Positions 53,980 to 63,307 of a DNA stretch of 64,000 nucleotides are shown piece by piece. Below the pieces are notes generated by a model that worked only from the letters and a program-made list of their open reading frames with translations, searched no databases and was not told where the DNA came from. The translations under genes and the position numbers were made by a program. Source of the DNA: an uncultured virus (IMG/VR IMGVR_UViG_3300028840_003967) (taxonomy: Duplodnaviria > Heunggongvirae > Uroviricota > Caudoviricetes). Where the stretch lies: positions 1 to 64,000 of IMG/VR virus record IMGVR_UViG_3300028840_003967. The stretch is one strand, 5' to 3'. Numbering within the stretch: position 1 is the stretch's first letter; each line of letters starts with the position of its first letter.

Positions 53980-54537
53980 CTACTCCTTGACCACCTGATA
54001 CGTAAGCATCTCGTCGTCCACGTTGTACGTCGCCGATACGGAGTATTCCGCGAGAACGTTCGTGTTCGCGATGGTATCCGCCTTGGAAGGGTATATCCTG
54101 ATCGTCGCGGAAGTCAAGTTGTGTCTCGCGTCATACACCGGAGAGAAGATTCTGAAGTTCTCTTGGACAAGCCCAAGGACTCTTTGCAAGAGGGTCAGAA
54201 GGGAAGTTACGTCTCCGGTAACTGTATCGACGGCAGTCCGAATGGAATCCAGATCGTTTGCTTCCACGAGCACGGTTTCAAGTTCGGTCGAAATGTATTC
54301 GTCCAGCGTCGTGTGTCCTGCATCGGTGTACGTCACGAAACGAGCGTTGTACTTCCCTACGGCAGTGAAGGTGTAGGACGCTTCATAGTAGCCGCCCGAA
54401 CGATGCGGAAGATCGACAGTGACAAAGGGTGTTGCCGATCCGGGAATGAAGATTTCCACTTGAGGAAACTTCGTGGTTTCCCTATCAGCCAACTGAAGGC
54501 CCAAAGAAGTTGTCTCGTCTTTGACGCCACGTATCAT
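53980..54537 (-). CDS. putative structural protein
   Basis: Beta-rich N-terminus + coiled coil. Confidence 0.5.
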   Translation of the reverse strand: MIRGVKDETTSLGLQLADRETTKFPQVEIFIPGSATPFVTVDLPHRSGGYYEASYTFTAVGKYNARFVTYTDAGHTTLDEYISTELETVLVEANDLDSIRTAVDTVTGDVTSLLTLLQRVLGLVQENFRIFSPVYDARHNLTSATIRIYPSKADTIANTNVLAEYSVSATYNVDDEMLTYQVVKE

Positions 54538-55355
54538 TTCAAGAACCTCGTTGCATCCGGCGCTGTCAACACTGCCTGTCTCACTTTTTCCGGCCACATG
54601 CTTTGCTTGCTGAACATTGGATTGTTGCAGGCCACGGAACAACAAATCATCGGGAACTGCAAGAACGCATCCGCTAGATAGACTCTCTGCTTGAATCTAT
54701 CGAACGGAAGAAAGATCGCTGTCAGAGAAGCCTTGATTTTCCTCTTCGACGGAGCATGTCGCTTGATCTTGTCACAGCAGAAAGCGCCAAGTTCGGTGCA
54801 ATACGAAGCGGGCTTACCGCTCGGCTTGAAATCGAAGTTGTAGCCGATGCCGGATTGACTCAATGCGGCATCAACAATGATCTGCGCTTCCGAATGCACG
54901 ACCCACGGACGAACGACAGCGGCATAGTCGGAATGGAACAGAAGTTCTCCCAAGTCTTGAACAACCACTCCTTCGCTGATCGCGTGTGTAATCGTTCTTA
55001 CGAACGTCCCCACTTGTTGTCCGCCCGTATGAACTCTGTCCACTCCAAGAGATCGAGGTTTGTAGATGAACTTCGTTTTCTGATCCCTGTATCCGGTGAC
55101 AGGCCCGGTAAACACAGCAAGATGTTTCCATGCTCCAGGAATGAACTTCGCGGAACCAATATAGTGTCTGGATTGTGTAAGGATGAAGTCTCCGGGCTGC
55201 ATGAGACTCGTAAAGCAACGGTAGTCATCCCATGTGAAATGCACTTTTGGCATCCCGTAGACAACAGCGGGCCAAAGAAGCGGATTCAGACAGAGACACT
55301 TGGGAGAAGCCCAAATGTCGCCGCCAAAAGCCGCTAGCCTCGCCTGAATGTTCAT
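54534..55355 (-). CDS. permuted papain-like NlpC/P60 (YiiX/YebB-like) amidase
   Basis: QPGDFIL, WKHLAVF, HAISEGV, GYNFDF, YCTEL. Confidence 0.85.
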   Translation of the reverse strand: MNIQARLAAFGGDIWASPKCLCLNPLLWPAVVYGMPKVHFTWDDYRCFTSLMQPGDFILTQSRHYIGSAKFIPGAWKHLAVFTGPVTGYRDQKTKFIYKPRSLGVDRVHTGGQQVGTFVRTITHAISEGVVVQDLGELLFHSDYAAVVRPWVVHSEAQIIVDAALSQSGIGYNFDFKPSGKPASYCTELGAFCCDKIKRHAPSKRKIKASLTAIFLPFDRFKQRVYLADAFLQFPMICCSVACNNPMFSKQSMWPEKVRQAVLTAPDATRFLK

Positions 55356-55364
55356 TCCTGTTCC

Positions 55365-55688
55365 TCACACGCTTTCCACGTCGAGCACTCCGTTGTCACA
55401 GACAATGCGGAAAAGAGCACCTGTTGTTTTGTCCTTTATCAAAAGCCTGGAAGGAATGTTACCTGGAAAAGCGGCCATCCAATCTTCGTTCATAAGAATT
55501 TCCTTGATGGCCGCGTTGTCGTACACGTCATATGAGTCGAATAGTTCTTGGGGCGGGAGGAATTCCACCACGACTCGTGTTCCGTCGATTGACTTCAACA
55601 TGGTGCCGAGCGACAACGACGTGGACACGTCAATCATCTCTTGCGTGATTTCGGTAGAGGGAACGATTGCGTATGCTACATTGCTCAC
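55365..55688 (-). CDS. hypothetical protein
   Basis: ORF coupled to upstream gene. Confidence 0.5.
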   Translation of the reverse strand: MSNVAYAIVPSTEITQEMIDVSTSLSLGTMLKSIDGTRVVVEFLPPQELFDSYDVYDNAAIKEILMNEDWMAAFPGNIPSRLLIKDKTTGALFRIVCDNGVLDVESV

Positions 55689-56554
55689 GTGTTCATCCTC
55701 CCGCCAGGAGGGTAGTTGTTCCTAAACGGGGACGCGGGGAAGTTGACCATCGTCCCATTATTGCTGTTGACGGAGTTGTCCGTGATTGTCGGAGCGGTGT
55801 CTGTTTGGTCACAGCGCCACCAGCCGACAAGATTCGCGGATAGACTATGGAAAGTCGGATCGGACGGAGTTCCGGCATTATAGAGTTCGCGGACTTCTTC
55901 AGCCGTCAACTCAGCGTTCCAGATTGTCGCGCTCGTTGAGAATCCATCGAAGAATCTGCTAAATCCGTCACGGGAACTTATGGCAAGATTCGCCGCCGCT
56001 TCGACTATGGTGGCCGTCAAGTTGTCTCCCGTGATGTTGTTCCGCGTTAGTTCCTTGCCGTCCAAATACAGCTTCACACCTGAAGCCGCGCTGCTTCCGT
56101 CATAGGTCACGCACACATGATGCCACAGGCCGTTGTTGACTTCTCTGTAGCCTATGGGAAAATCCACTTCGATCCCGTTCAAGGTATCCGTACTCGTTAT
56201 GCCAACGACAAAATCGGGATTAGACGGACGGTAAACAAGCGACCAACCTCTCCTTGTTCCTCCGTCCAGCCGCTTGCTCAAAAGAGCGCCGACAGTGGAA
56301 AGTTCAAGAGTGCAAAACCAAATGCCGAAAGAAAACGAGTCCAGCCGGTCGAACTGAATCTCTGCCGGATTCCCGATGTCAATCCAGTCGTTGACTCCAT
56401 CGAATTCAAGAGTCTCTGTCAATGCCAGGGCGGAAGCAACAGGTATGCCCGCGATCAACTTTTCCTGGTCCGTAAGACCACCAGGAAGAGTATCCCCGAT
56501 AGGAAGTTCCTGCTTCTGTCCAGCAATGACAACAACCGGCCTTCGAACGGCCAT
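55685..56554 (-). CDS. LamG/concanavalin A-like lectin fibre protein
   Basis: FDGVNDWI, WHHVCVTYDG, KLYLDG, IWNAELTAEEVRELY, LVGWWR. Confidence 0.85.
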   Translation of the reverse strand: MAVRRPVVVIAGQKQELPIGDTLPGGLTDQEKLIAGIPVASALALTETLEFDGVNDWIDIGNPAEIQFDRLDSFSFGIWFCTLELSTVGALLSKRLDGGTRRGWSLVYRPSNPDFVVGITSTDTLNGIEVDFPIGYREVNNGLWHHVCVTYDGSSAASGVKLYLDGKELTRNNITGDNLTATIVEAAANLAISSRDGFSRFFDGFSTSATIWNAELTAEEVRELYNAGTPSDPTFHSLSANLVGWWRCDQTDTAPTITDNSVNSNNGTMVNFPASPFRNNYPPGGRMNT

Positions 56555-56564
56555 GATTCAGTCC

Positions 56565-57020
56565 TTATACCAGAAGAACGGTGTCGCTGATCTCGATTTC
56601 GATCTCGGTGGTGCTGATCGCCTTGCCGAGAAGAATCACGACTTCGCCCGCTCCGGTCGGGGCGACTTCCGTTCGCAATCCCGCCGTCGCCGCCGAAAGA
56701 CACTGCTTGGCCCCCGGCGTGAGTCCGGTGAATCCGTCCAGGACGCCATCATGCTGGATGTCTCCGATGGCGGCGGGGGCAATGGACGAACTTCGAACGA
56801 ACCTGTAGGTCGGATTGGAGGTTCCAAGGGCATCCGCCTTGGCCAGATCAACGGAGTTGGCTCCGTTGATGTAGACCACTTGGCCTTTGGAGATCGCTCC
56901 CGCGTTTCCATTCGTCATTTGGGAAACGCCGACACCGGTCACGGGTGCATCCAAGGTATCTCCTGCGGGAAGCTCCTGCTTTTGACCCTGAATGACGACA
57001 AGAGGTTTTCGCAGCGCCAT
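56565..57020 (-). CDS. fibre/capsid decoration protein
   Basis: AISKGQVVY..LAKADA..GLTPG..G.A. Confidence 0.6.
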   Translation of the reverse strand: MALRKPLVVIQGQKQELPAGDTLDAPVTGVGVSQMTNGNAGAISKGQVVYINGANSVDLAKADALGTSNPTYRFVRSSSIAPAAIGDIQHDGVLDGFTGLTPGAKQCLSAATAGLRTEVAPTGAGEVVILLGKAISTTEIEIEISDTVLLV

Positions 57021-57031
57021 CTCTCTTCTCC

Positions 57032-57439
57032 TTATGCCAAAATGATCGAGGGTTCAATCTTGATCTCCAAAACCTGCGGACTCAAAGCTCTTCCAACTTT
57101 CTGAACGATTTGTCCTGTTCCTGTCGGTGGAACGGTAGCCATTTTACCGCTCACAAGATCGAGATAGTAGATCGCCATTGCCGACAAAGAAACGGTTCCT
57201 GTTATTGGCGTCCAGTCACTCAACTCGAATCTTCCCGAAAACTGAACTTTCGCGACAAAAGTAGGAGCAGCCCCGGCGACAACAAGCCCTATGGCATTGC
57301 GCGTGTTGTTTGCCGATGTGGCCCGCAAAACTCCTATTCCTGAACTGTCCACGGCGACGACATGACCCTTGATTAGAGAGATAGCGTCCTTGTTCACTCC
57401 CTTCAAGAATTCCGTAGGAAGTACGGTCGCTACAGCCAT
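57032..57439 (-). CDS. fibre/capsid decoration protein (paralogue)
   Basis: GHVVA..AIGLV..YYLD..G..PTGTGQIVQKVGRA. Confidence 0.6.
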   Translation of the reverse strand: MAVATVLPTEFLKGVNKDAISLIKGHVVAVDSSGIGVLRATSANNTRNAIGLVVAGAAPTFVAKVQFSGRFELSDWTPITGTVSLSAMAIYYLDLVSGKMATVPPTGTGQIVQKVGRALSPQVLEIKIEPSIILA

Positions 57440-57450
57440 CGCTCAGTTCC

Positions 57451-57786
57451 TTAGGCCGGATAGTTCTCTTGAGTTCCGCCTAGAATCGCTCCGTCTGACA
57501 CGAGATCGAGGTAAATCCGATCTTCCAGATCAGCAGGTGTGGATTCCCCTATCAACGTGTCGTAGTCACTGTCCTCGTACACCTTCAAGCCGCTGTGGCC
57601 GGGAGCCGTGGAAGGAACCCAATCGCTGCCGTCGGTCCTGCCGATCTCCCAAAAGGCTTCAAGCCTTCTGAGCGCCGGATAGTTGATGTATCTTGAAAGG
57701 CGCACATGATCGTAGGAAACAGGCGTTCCGCCTGCCGTGTCCACGCTTACGGCGTTCTCACCAAGATCATGCTGGCGTCTTGCCAT
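57451..57786 (-). CDS. hypothetical protein
   Basis: AAGGAG RBS. Confidence 0.5.
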   Translation of the reverse strand: MARRQHDLGENAVSVDTAGGTPVSYDHVRLSRYINYPALRRLEAFWEIGRTDGSDWVPSTAPGHSGLKVYEDSDYDTLIGESTPADLEDRIYLDLVSDGAILGGTQENYPA

Positions 57787-57894
57787 GGTCCATCTCCTTG
57801 TTCTTCTTCGTGTCGGCCACGTGCATGGACTCGACATCCTCGATCAGATCGTACAAGTCGCCCGCGGCCCCCAGAAAGGGGGACCGCCAAATCC

Positions 57895-58113
57895 TTACGC
57901 TTCCGTCCCGGCCGCCTCGCCCGGGGCCTTCCGGACGATCGCGCCGTCCCGCGTGACGCGGTCGCCTTCGCCCAGGCCGTACTTCGCGGCGATCAGTTCG
58001 CGCAAGAGTCCCACGCGTTCCGCCGCGTGCCGCGCGTCGCGTTCCGCGGCCCCTTGCGCGTCCAAGGCCGCCGCCAGCCGCGCCAGGTCCTTTTCCTCCA
58101 CCCGCTCCGCCAT
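57895..58113 (-). CDS. small coiled-coil protein (high-GC cassette)
   Basis: ATG follows repeated leader. Confidence 0.5.
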   Translation of the reverse strand: MAERVEEKDLARLAAALDAQGAAERDARHAAERVGLLRELIAAKYGLGEGDRVTRDGAIVRKAPGEAAGTEA

Positions 58114-58115
58114 GG

Positions 58116-58565
58116 TTCGGCTCCTGGCTCTTGGCTCCTGGCTCTTAGTTGTGGCTGTCAATCCGCAATCCGCATTCCCCAGCGGGCCGCTACCGAACGG
58201 CGTCCAACGACGCGCCGATCTCCTCGTCGACCGCCGCCCGCGCCGCGTTCAGCGCTTCCAGGCGCGCGGTCAGTTCGGCTTGCTCGGCCACGGCGTCGGT
58301 CAACAGCGCTTCCCGCGCCCGCTCCAGCGCCCGGATCGCGTCGGAGAGAAGCATCTCATGCAGCCGCGCCTTGGCCTCGGCCTTGGAGACCGCGCCGCTC
58401 GCGATGTCCGCGGCCAGGTCCGCTTCGCGCCGCGCGGGGTCGATTCCCACGCTGACTTGCACCTTCCCGTCCGTCGCCGTCTTCACTTCCACGCTCATGG
58501 TCTTCGGCTCCTGGCTCTTGGCTCCTGGCTCTTAGTTGTGGCTGTCAATCCGCAATCCGCATTCC
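58116..58565. repeat. 63-bp identical direct repeat (58116-58178 and 58503-58565)
   Basis: TTCGGCTCCTGGCTCTTGGCTCCTGGCTCTTAGTTGTGGCTGTCAATCCGCAATCCGCATTCC. Confidence 0.95.
58190..58498 (-). CDS. small coiled-coil protein (high-GC cassette), possible fibre chaperone
   Basis: ATG follows repeated leader. Confidence 0.5.
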   Translation of the reverse strand: MSVEVKTATDGKVQVSVGIDPARREADLAADIASGAVSKAEAKARLHEMLLSDAIRALERAREALLTDAVAEQAELTARLEALNAARAAVDEEIGASLDAVR

Positions 58566-58580
58566 TCAATCCGCAGTCGT

Positions 58581-59957
58581 TCAACTCACGACGGCGAGCT
58601 TCCGGCTGTTGCCCGCGGCATCCTTGACCGTGATGTACCCCGTGACCGTTTCCGCGCCGATGGCCGCGTGCGTGCCGAACTTGACGGAGCCGGTGGGGTT
58701 GAGGAAGAGATCGCCGGCGAGGGTGTCGATTTCCCCGTCGGTCCCGTCGTGGCGGATGCGCAGATCGTCGGTGCCCGCCACGCCGCCGGGCTGGCGCACG
58801 ACGAAGCGGCCGTCGGCGCCCGCGCCGCCATACCCAAGCGCTCCAGGCTCGAAAACGAAGCTGCCGCCATCGGGGTTGGCGCCGCCGGATACCCCGCCGC
58901 TTTGGCCCTTAAAATAGGCATCCATTCCCGATACGGTCGTGGCGGCACAGAAGTCTCCCGGTTCCGTGTCGGCGAAGCGCAGGAACGTATTCGTATCGCC
59001 GAGTAGCTGTCCGGGTTTCACAAGCGAGAAGACTTGCCCCGTGCCGGTCCCCAAACCGCGGACATATGCGGTTCTCCAGTTGAACGTCACGTGCCCGAAA
59101 TCGACGTTGCCATCGTTCCCGGGGAAGACATTCGTCGCCAACAGGTACAGCGACGACTGGTTGTTCTTGAACGAGATGACCGCGCCGCCCGGAGAAGAGA
59201 TCTTGCCGAAGCTGCCGTCGTTATAGATGCTGAGATCGTCGCTTCCCGCCACGCCGCCGGGCTGGCGCACGACGAAGCGGCCGTCGGCGCCCGCGCCGCT
59301 CGCGCCCTTGGCGCCCGGTTCGAAGATAAAGGACCCGCCGTCCGGGTTGGCGCCGCCGGATACCCCGCCGCTTTGGCCCTTAAAATAGGCATCCATTCCG
59401 TCCGTATCGACCGCGGCGGCGAAGTCGGAAGGCTCCGCGCTGCCCAGCTTGAGCAAAGCGTTGGCGTCCGAAGGGTCGTCCGGGTCCGTGCCCACCACCA
59501 GGTCGGTGCCGTCGTCGGTCAGCCGGGACGCGCCGAGCGTCTGGCCGCCCGCGTCGGTCCACCGGGGGATCGCGTACTGCGTGCCTTCGGCCTGGAGGCC
59601 GCCGCCGGACAAATCGTGATCCGTTCCGGCGTCGTCTGTAAACATGATGACATTCGGAGTATCGCTTTTCACCCACAAGATGCCTTTTCCGGGTGCCGGA
59701 GTTCCTGGGTGATCCGCGCGTTCCGTGAAAGCAACGCCGCCACTCAGATCAACAGTCTTGTCCGTGTTGTTCCATTTGAAAGCGTTGTCCGTTCCAAAGG
59801 TCGAAGTGTCTACAACAAATAGAACTTGATTCGCGGCAGCGGTCGGTCCGTTCAAAGAATCCGGTTTCAATTTTTCGTGATCGACCACGCCGCCTCTTGT
59901 TACAAGAAGTTCGCCTGTACTTCCAGACGTGAGTTGTTTCACGGCTACCTGAGGCAT
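58581..59957 (-). CDS. Gly-rich tail/head fibre with internal duplication
   Basis: Two copies of MDAYFKGQSGGVSGGANPDGGSF...GRFVVRQPGGVAG.DDL. Confidence 0.7.
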   Translation of the reverse strand: MPQVAVKQLTSGSTGELLVTRGGVVDHEKLKPDSLNGPTAAANQVLFVVDTSTFGTDNAFKWNNTDKTVDLSGGVAFTERADHPGTPAPGKGILWVKSDTPNVIMFTDDAGTDHDLSGGGLQAEGTQYAIPRWTDAGGQTLGASRLTDDGTDLVVGTDPDDPSDANALLKLGSAEPSDFAAAVDTDGMDAYFKGQSGGVSGGANPDGGSFIFEPGAKGASGAGADGRFVVRQPGGVAGSDDLSIYNDGSFGKISSPGGAVISFKNNQSSLYLLATNVFPGNDGNVDFGHVTFNWRTAYVRGLGTGTGQVFSLVKPGQLLGDTNTFLRFADTEPGDFCAATTVSGMDAYFKGQSGGVSGGANPDGGSFVFEPGALGYGGAGADGRFVVRQPGGVAGTDDLRIRHDGTDGEIDTLAGDLFLNPTGSVKFGTHAAIGAETVTGYITVKDAAGNSRKLAVVS

Positions 59958-59979
59958 GGTAAGACTCCTAAACGAAGAC

Positions 59980-60014
59980 TAGGGATGGGGGAGATAATCA
60001 CTCCCCCATCCCTT
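59980..60014 (-). terminator. GC-rich hairpin between fibre genes
   Basis: AGGGATGGGGGAG-TGATTAT-CTCCCCCATCCCT; weak U-tract. Confidence 0.5.
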
Positions 60015-60034
60015 CCCATGCGGCGTCAAAAAGA

Positions 60035-61441
60035 TCAGACATGCGTATCCAGAACGATGTCGATCTTATCTGTCGCGGCCAACTCGTATCCGGCGACACT
60101 ACCGTTCCAGCGCAGCGTATCGCCGTTGGCGAGATTGGTCTTATCGCGGGCCGTGGTGGTGTCTCCCTGGCCGAAGTAGCATTCACCGGAATTGTCGTCG
60201 CTGACGTACATCTTCACACCGTTGACATACACAGCCACATCACAATCGCCCTTTGGCAGAGCCGCCGTGGCAATGGTGGTATCCGTGGCCTTGTCGCCAT
60301 CCGAAGACGTGACGTTCGCAGTGAGATTCTTGTAGCTCTGAGTGGACACCGGAGCCTTGATCCCGCCAGCCGCCACGAGAACGGAAGTACCATCGTTCTT
60401 GACAGAGAGCGTAGCGCCTGCCCCGCCGTCAATCCCGTTCCCTTGAGCAGCCAAACGCAGATTGGCCGAACCATCCGCTTCGATTCCAGTTCCGGCGATA
60501 GCCGCAATGTCAACGCCCACACCGTTTGACGTGACATTCACGCCTTGGATGTTTCCGCCGGTTTCGGAATCGATGTCGATAGTGAGAAGATGTTCGTTTC
60601 CGCCGCCAGCCGTCTGCGCAAGGCCGTTGCCCGCAATTTCACTGGCATCGACCTGAACGTTGTCGGCGTTGACTTGAACACCCTTTCCGGCATCGCCCAC
60701 ATCGAGATCGCTTCCATTTTCGACAAGGCCCGCACCAGCGCCCGCCGACGTAATAGCGGTGAACTGCGTCCATGATCCCGTCGGCACAGTGCCGTCGAAA
60801 ACGTAGCCGTAGTTCTCGAACACGCAGGCTTCACCACGAACCAACGCAGCTTCGCCATCCGTTACCGTGATGAAAGAGGGAGTAAGACTCGTCCCATCCC
60901 ACTCCGCAATCTTGCCGTCATCCGTGCCGTCCGTGGCAGGACTGTACAAGGTTTCGCTTTCCGAAACGATAGCACGAGTGCCGTCAGGCGGATAGTTGCT
61001 GGAATGCCCGACAATGATCTTCCAGGAAGTCCCGTCGAACTCCGCAATGTCGCCTTCATCCAGTTCGTCCGACGTTCCGGCAGTCGGTGTCCCGGTGGCT
61101 CCCGTCGCAACAACGGCCCAACCCGCGCTCGGCGAAAGAGCATTGATTTCCGCGACGGTCCTGTTCCCTATGTACGTGCGAACATGCACGGGTTCAAGCC
61201 AACTCAATCCCGCGACAGCGGCATCAAGTTGGCCCTTGTTCACGGCATCGGTTGAATCGGTGCCGTTCGCAAGATTGGTCAGCTTGTTGCTGCCCATACT
61301 CTGAGCAGCAGTGAACGCTTGACCACCGTCAGCCTGAATCACGGCTTCGGCCAATTTCGAAAGCGCGATGGCGGCAGAAGCCGAGATTTGAGAGTTGGTG
61401 ATCGTCAGCGCCTTGATCTGTTTGCCGTTGATCTGAGGCAT
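60035..61441 (-). CDS. fibre/adhesin protein
   Basis: KLTNLANGTDSTDAVNKGQL (YadA stalk-like), AGAGL/AGNGL/AGTGI repeats. Confidence 0.7.
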   Translation of the reverse strand: MPQINGKQIKALTITNSQISASAAIALSKLAEAVIQADGGQAFTAAQSMGSNKLTNLANGTDSTDAVNKGQLDAAVAGLSWLEPVHVRTYIGNRTVAEINALSPSAGWAVVATGATGTPTAGTSDELDEGDIAEFDGTSWKIIVGHSSNYPPDGTRAIVSESETLYSPATDGTDDGKIAEWDGTSLTPSFITVTDGEAALVRGEACVFENYGYVFDGTVPTGSWTQFTAITSAGAGAGLVENGSDLDVGDAGKGVQVNADNVQVDASEIAGNGLAQTAGGGNEHLLTIDIDSETGGNIQGVNVTSNGVGVDIAAIAGTGIEADGSANLRLAAQGNGIDGGAGATLSVKNDGTSVLVAAGGIKAPVSTQSYKNLTANVTSSDGDKATDTTIATAALPKGDCDVAVYVNGVKMYVSDDNSGECYFGQGDTTTARDKTNLANGDTLRWNGSVAGYELAATDKIDIVLDTHV

Positions 61442-61455
61442 TTTCTTTTTCTCCC

Positions 61456-62175
61456 TTAAACCACGTAGACTAGATCGATCTTGTCCGTTGGGGCTAGTTC
61501 ATAGGTCGCTACGCTCCCCATCCAACGCAAACTATCGCCAGCTTGAATGTTGGCGATTGCCCTTGGCACACTGGGTGTAGCTGGATCGGCGAAATAGCAC
61601 TCTTTCGTCTTAACACCGTCTCCAACTTCAACACCAAGCCCGTTGACAAAGACAAGGACCATTCCATTTGCTACAGGCGTGATTGAAATGCCGCCAGCCA
61701 TGGCAGCATCTTCGTCGCTGGTAGTTGCATTGGCAGTAATGCCTTTGTCTGCGATGGCCAGCGCATCCGTTGTTCCTCCCCCACCGGCCAAGGGAAAAAC
61801 TTTCATAAACGTGAGTGTGGTAACGCCGACAGTAATAGGATCGTCAGTTACAAGTATCCATCCCGTATCGCCGTTCGTCGTTCCTTCTGTGACGACTACC
61901 ACAAGTCCGGCAGTAACATCTTGATCCTGGTTCGCGTCCGTCGCGCGGACGGGGGGACCAGCAGATTGAATTACCCAAATTCCGTTCTCGAAGTTCCCAT
62001 TGTCCTTCACGAGAACACGGTCGCCACCAACAAGAACTTCACCGTCGAGATTGAATCCGGGTATCAGATTGGTAAGAACAACAGGTGCCGTCGTAGCGGC
62101 ACGAACACTGGCTTTGAAGTCCAGTGCATCTATGACGGCTTGACTTACTCCACTAGCTGCACTAAGGCGACTCAT
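61456..62175 (-). CDS. fibre protein
   Basis: KASVRAATT..GDRVLVKD..ENGIW..RATDA..VTEGTTNGDT. Confidence 0.7.
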   Translation of the reverse strand: MSRLSAASGVSQAVIDALDFKASVRAATTAPVVLTNLIPGFNLDGEVLVGGDRVLVKDNGNFENGIWVIQSAGPPVRATDANQDQDVTAGLVVVVTEGTTNGDTGWILVTDDPITVGVTTLTFMKVFPLAGGGGTTDALAIADKGITANATTSDEDAAMAGGISITPVANGMVLVFVNGLGVEVGDGVKTKECYFADPATPSVPRAIANIQAGDSLRWMGSVATYELAPTDKIDLVYVV

Positions 62176-62596
62176 CTAAGACACCCTCCGCACACGTCAC
62201 GGCCAAAGGATACGTGGTCGTCTTCGGAGTCCAGGCGTAATCTCGTTTCAACCAAAGATTGCGCCAAACGAAGACACCATTCCCATGTTCGTTGATTCTG
62301 TTGACCAAGGCCGTAACTTGCGGAGATTGCCGGTAGTCGGGATTTGGTCCCTTGTAGTTTGCTCTGTCACTAACGTAAGGACAACCATTGGGAAGTTGTC
62401 TTTGCTTAACTGCCTCGCGAACAGTGAGACAGAAATGAATCCTTGTGAACCTACTCTGATAGCACGAACAAAGTTTGGACGCCAACTTGCAGCAATAGAA
62501 AGGCGTGAAAAACAAAACGCCCTTCTCATCAGGAAGTGCCACGTAGCAGCAAATCCCGCATTTCGTGCACAGAGTCGGATCGTCCAAGTTCACCAT
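62162..62596 (-). CDS. YkgJ/YcgN-like Cys-cluster (CxxCxxCC) protein
   Basis: CTKCGICC..C..CSCYQSRF..CL..LPNGCPY. Confidence 0.65.
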   Translation of the reverse strand: MVNLDDPTLCTKCGICCYVALPDEKGVLFFTPFYCCKLASKLCSCYQSRFTRIHFCLTVREAVKQRQLPNGCPYVSDRANYKGPNPDYRQSPQVTALVNRINEHGNGVFVWRNLWLKRDYAWTPKTTTYPLAVTCAEGVLDESP

Positions 62597-62931
62597 CAGA
62601 CTTTCATCACCCTGATTGCCGTTACAGCTTTTGTGTTCCCACAAAGAAGTTCAAGCGTCTCAGGTTGTCGATTCGGTTCCTCGAATTCCAGGTCTTCGCC
62701 CGGAATGAGGAAAGGGTACGAAGCATCAAGAACAGCTTCGGTCTTCGGCAACGTTCCACCAAGCATTCCAGCTTTCCCAAGCGTATAGTAAACCTTGTCC
62801 GAGTTAGTGAGGGGATTCTTGATGATGAAACGACGCATGGGACGGCCAAATACAACGATTGATCCATCGTCGTGATTGACATCCACGATGCCACCTTGTT
62901 TGTCCGTCAAGTCAAGAGTTGTGACAGCCAT
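62596..62931 (-). CDS. hypothetical protein
   Basis: AAGGAG RBS. Confidence 0.55.
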   Translation of the reverse strand: MAVTTLDLTDKQGGIVDVNHDDGSIVVFGRPMRRFIIKNPLTNSDKVYYTLGKAGMLGGTLPKTEAVLDASYPFLIPGEDLEFEEPNRQPETLELLCGNTKAVTAIRVMKV

Positions 62932-62943
62932 CTTTCACACTCC

Positions 62944-63192
62944 TTACAATGGGCTTTGACGGCCACGTTGAATCCGAAACTTCTTGTTGCTGCGTTCGGT
63001 GGAGGGACGCGCAGAAAGCGTGTTGTCTCTTCCGCCTCTCGGCAAAGCGCCTGCCTCTCTTTTGAAAGCACTCTTGGCGCTACCCATGTTGATTGTCACA
63101 TCGGGAGTATATTTCGCCGAAGACTGCTTTCTCGTCCGCTTCGCGGTATTCCGTTTCGGTTCACGAGGGCCTTGATTGACTTTCTTCCCCAT
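62944..63192 (-). CDS. small K/R-rich protein
   Basis: AGGAG RBS, very basic. Confidence 0.55.
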   Translation of the reverse strand: MGKKVNQGPREPKRNTAKRTRKQSSAKYTPDVTINMGSAKSAFKREAGALPRGGRDNTLSARPSTERSNKKFRIQRGRQSPL

Positions 63193-63307
63193 GATTCACA
63201 CTCTCCTATTCCGAACGCTCCTCGCAAGTCTTTCATTCAGATTCCCGTGCCGACTTCCCCTTCTTGTGTCACGAGGACGAGCGATCTTTTTTCTGAATGC
63301 CTCTTTC

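Noticed and set aside
58116..58565. Mini-CRISPR array or att sites
   Set aside because: Only two 63-bp copies separated by a gene, low-complexity, and no integrase nearby.
58761..59396. Diversity-generating retroelement TR/VR pair
   Set aside because: Both copies lie in one ORF, differences are not adenine-specific, and no reverse transcriptase is in the window.
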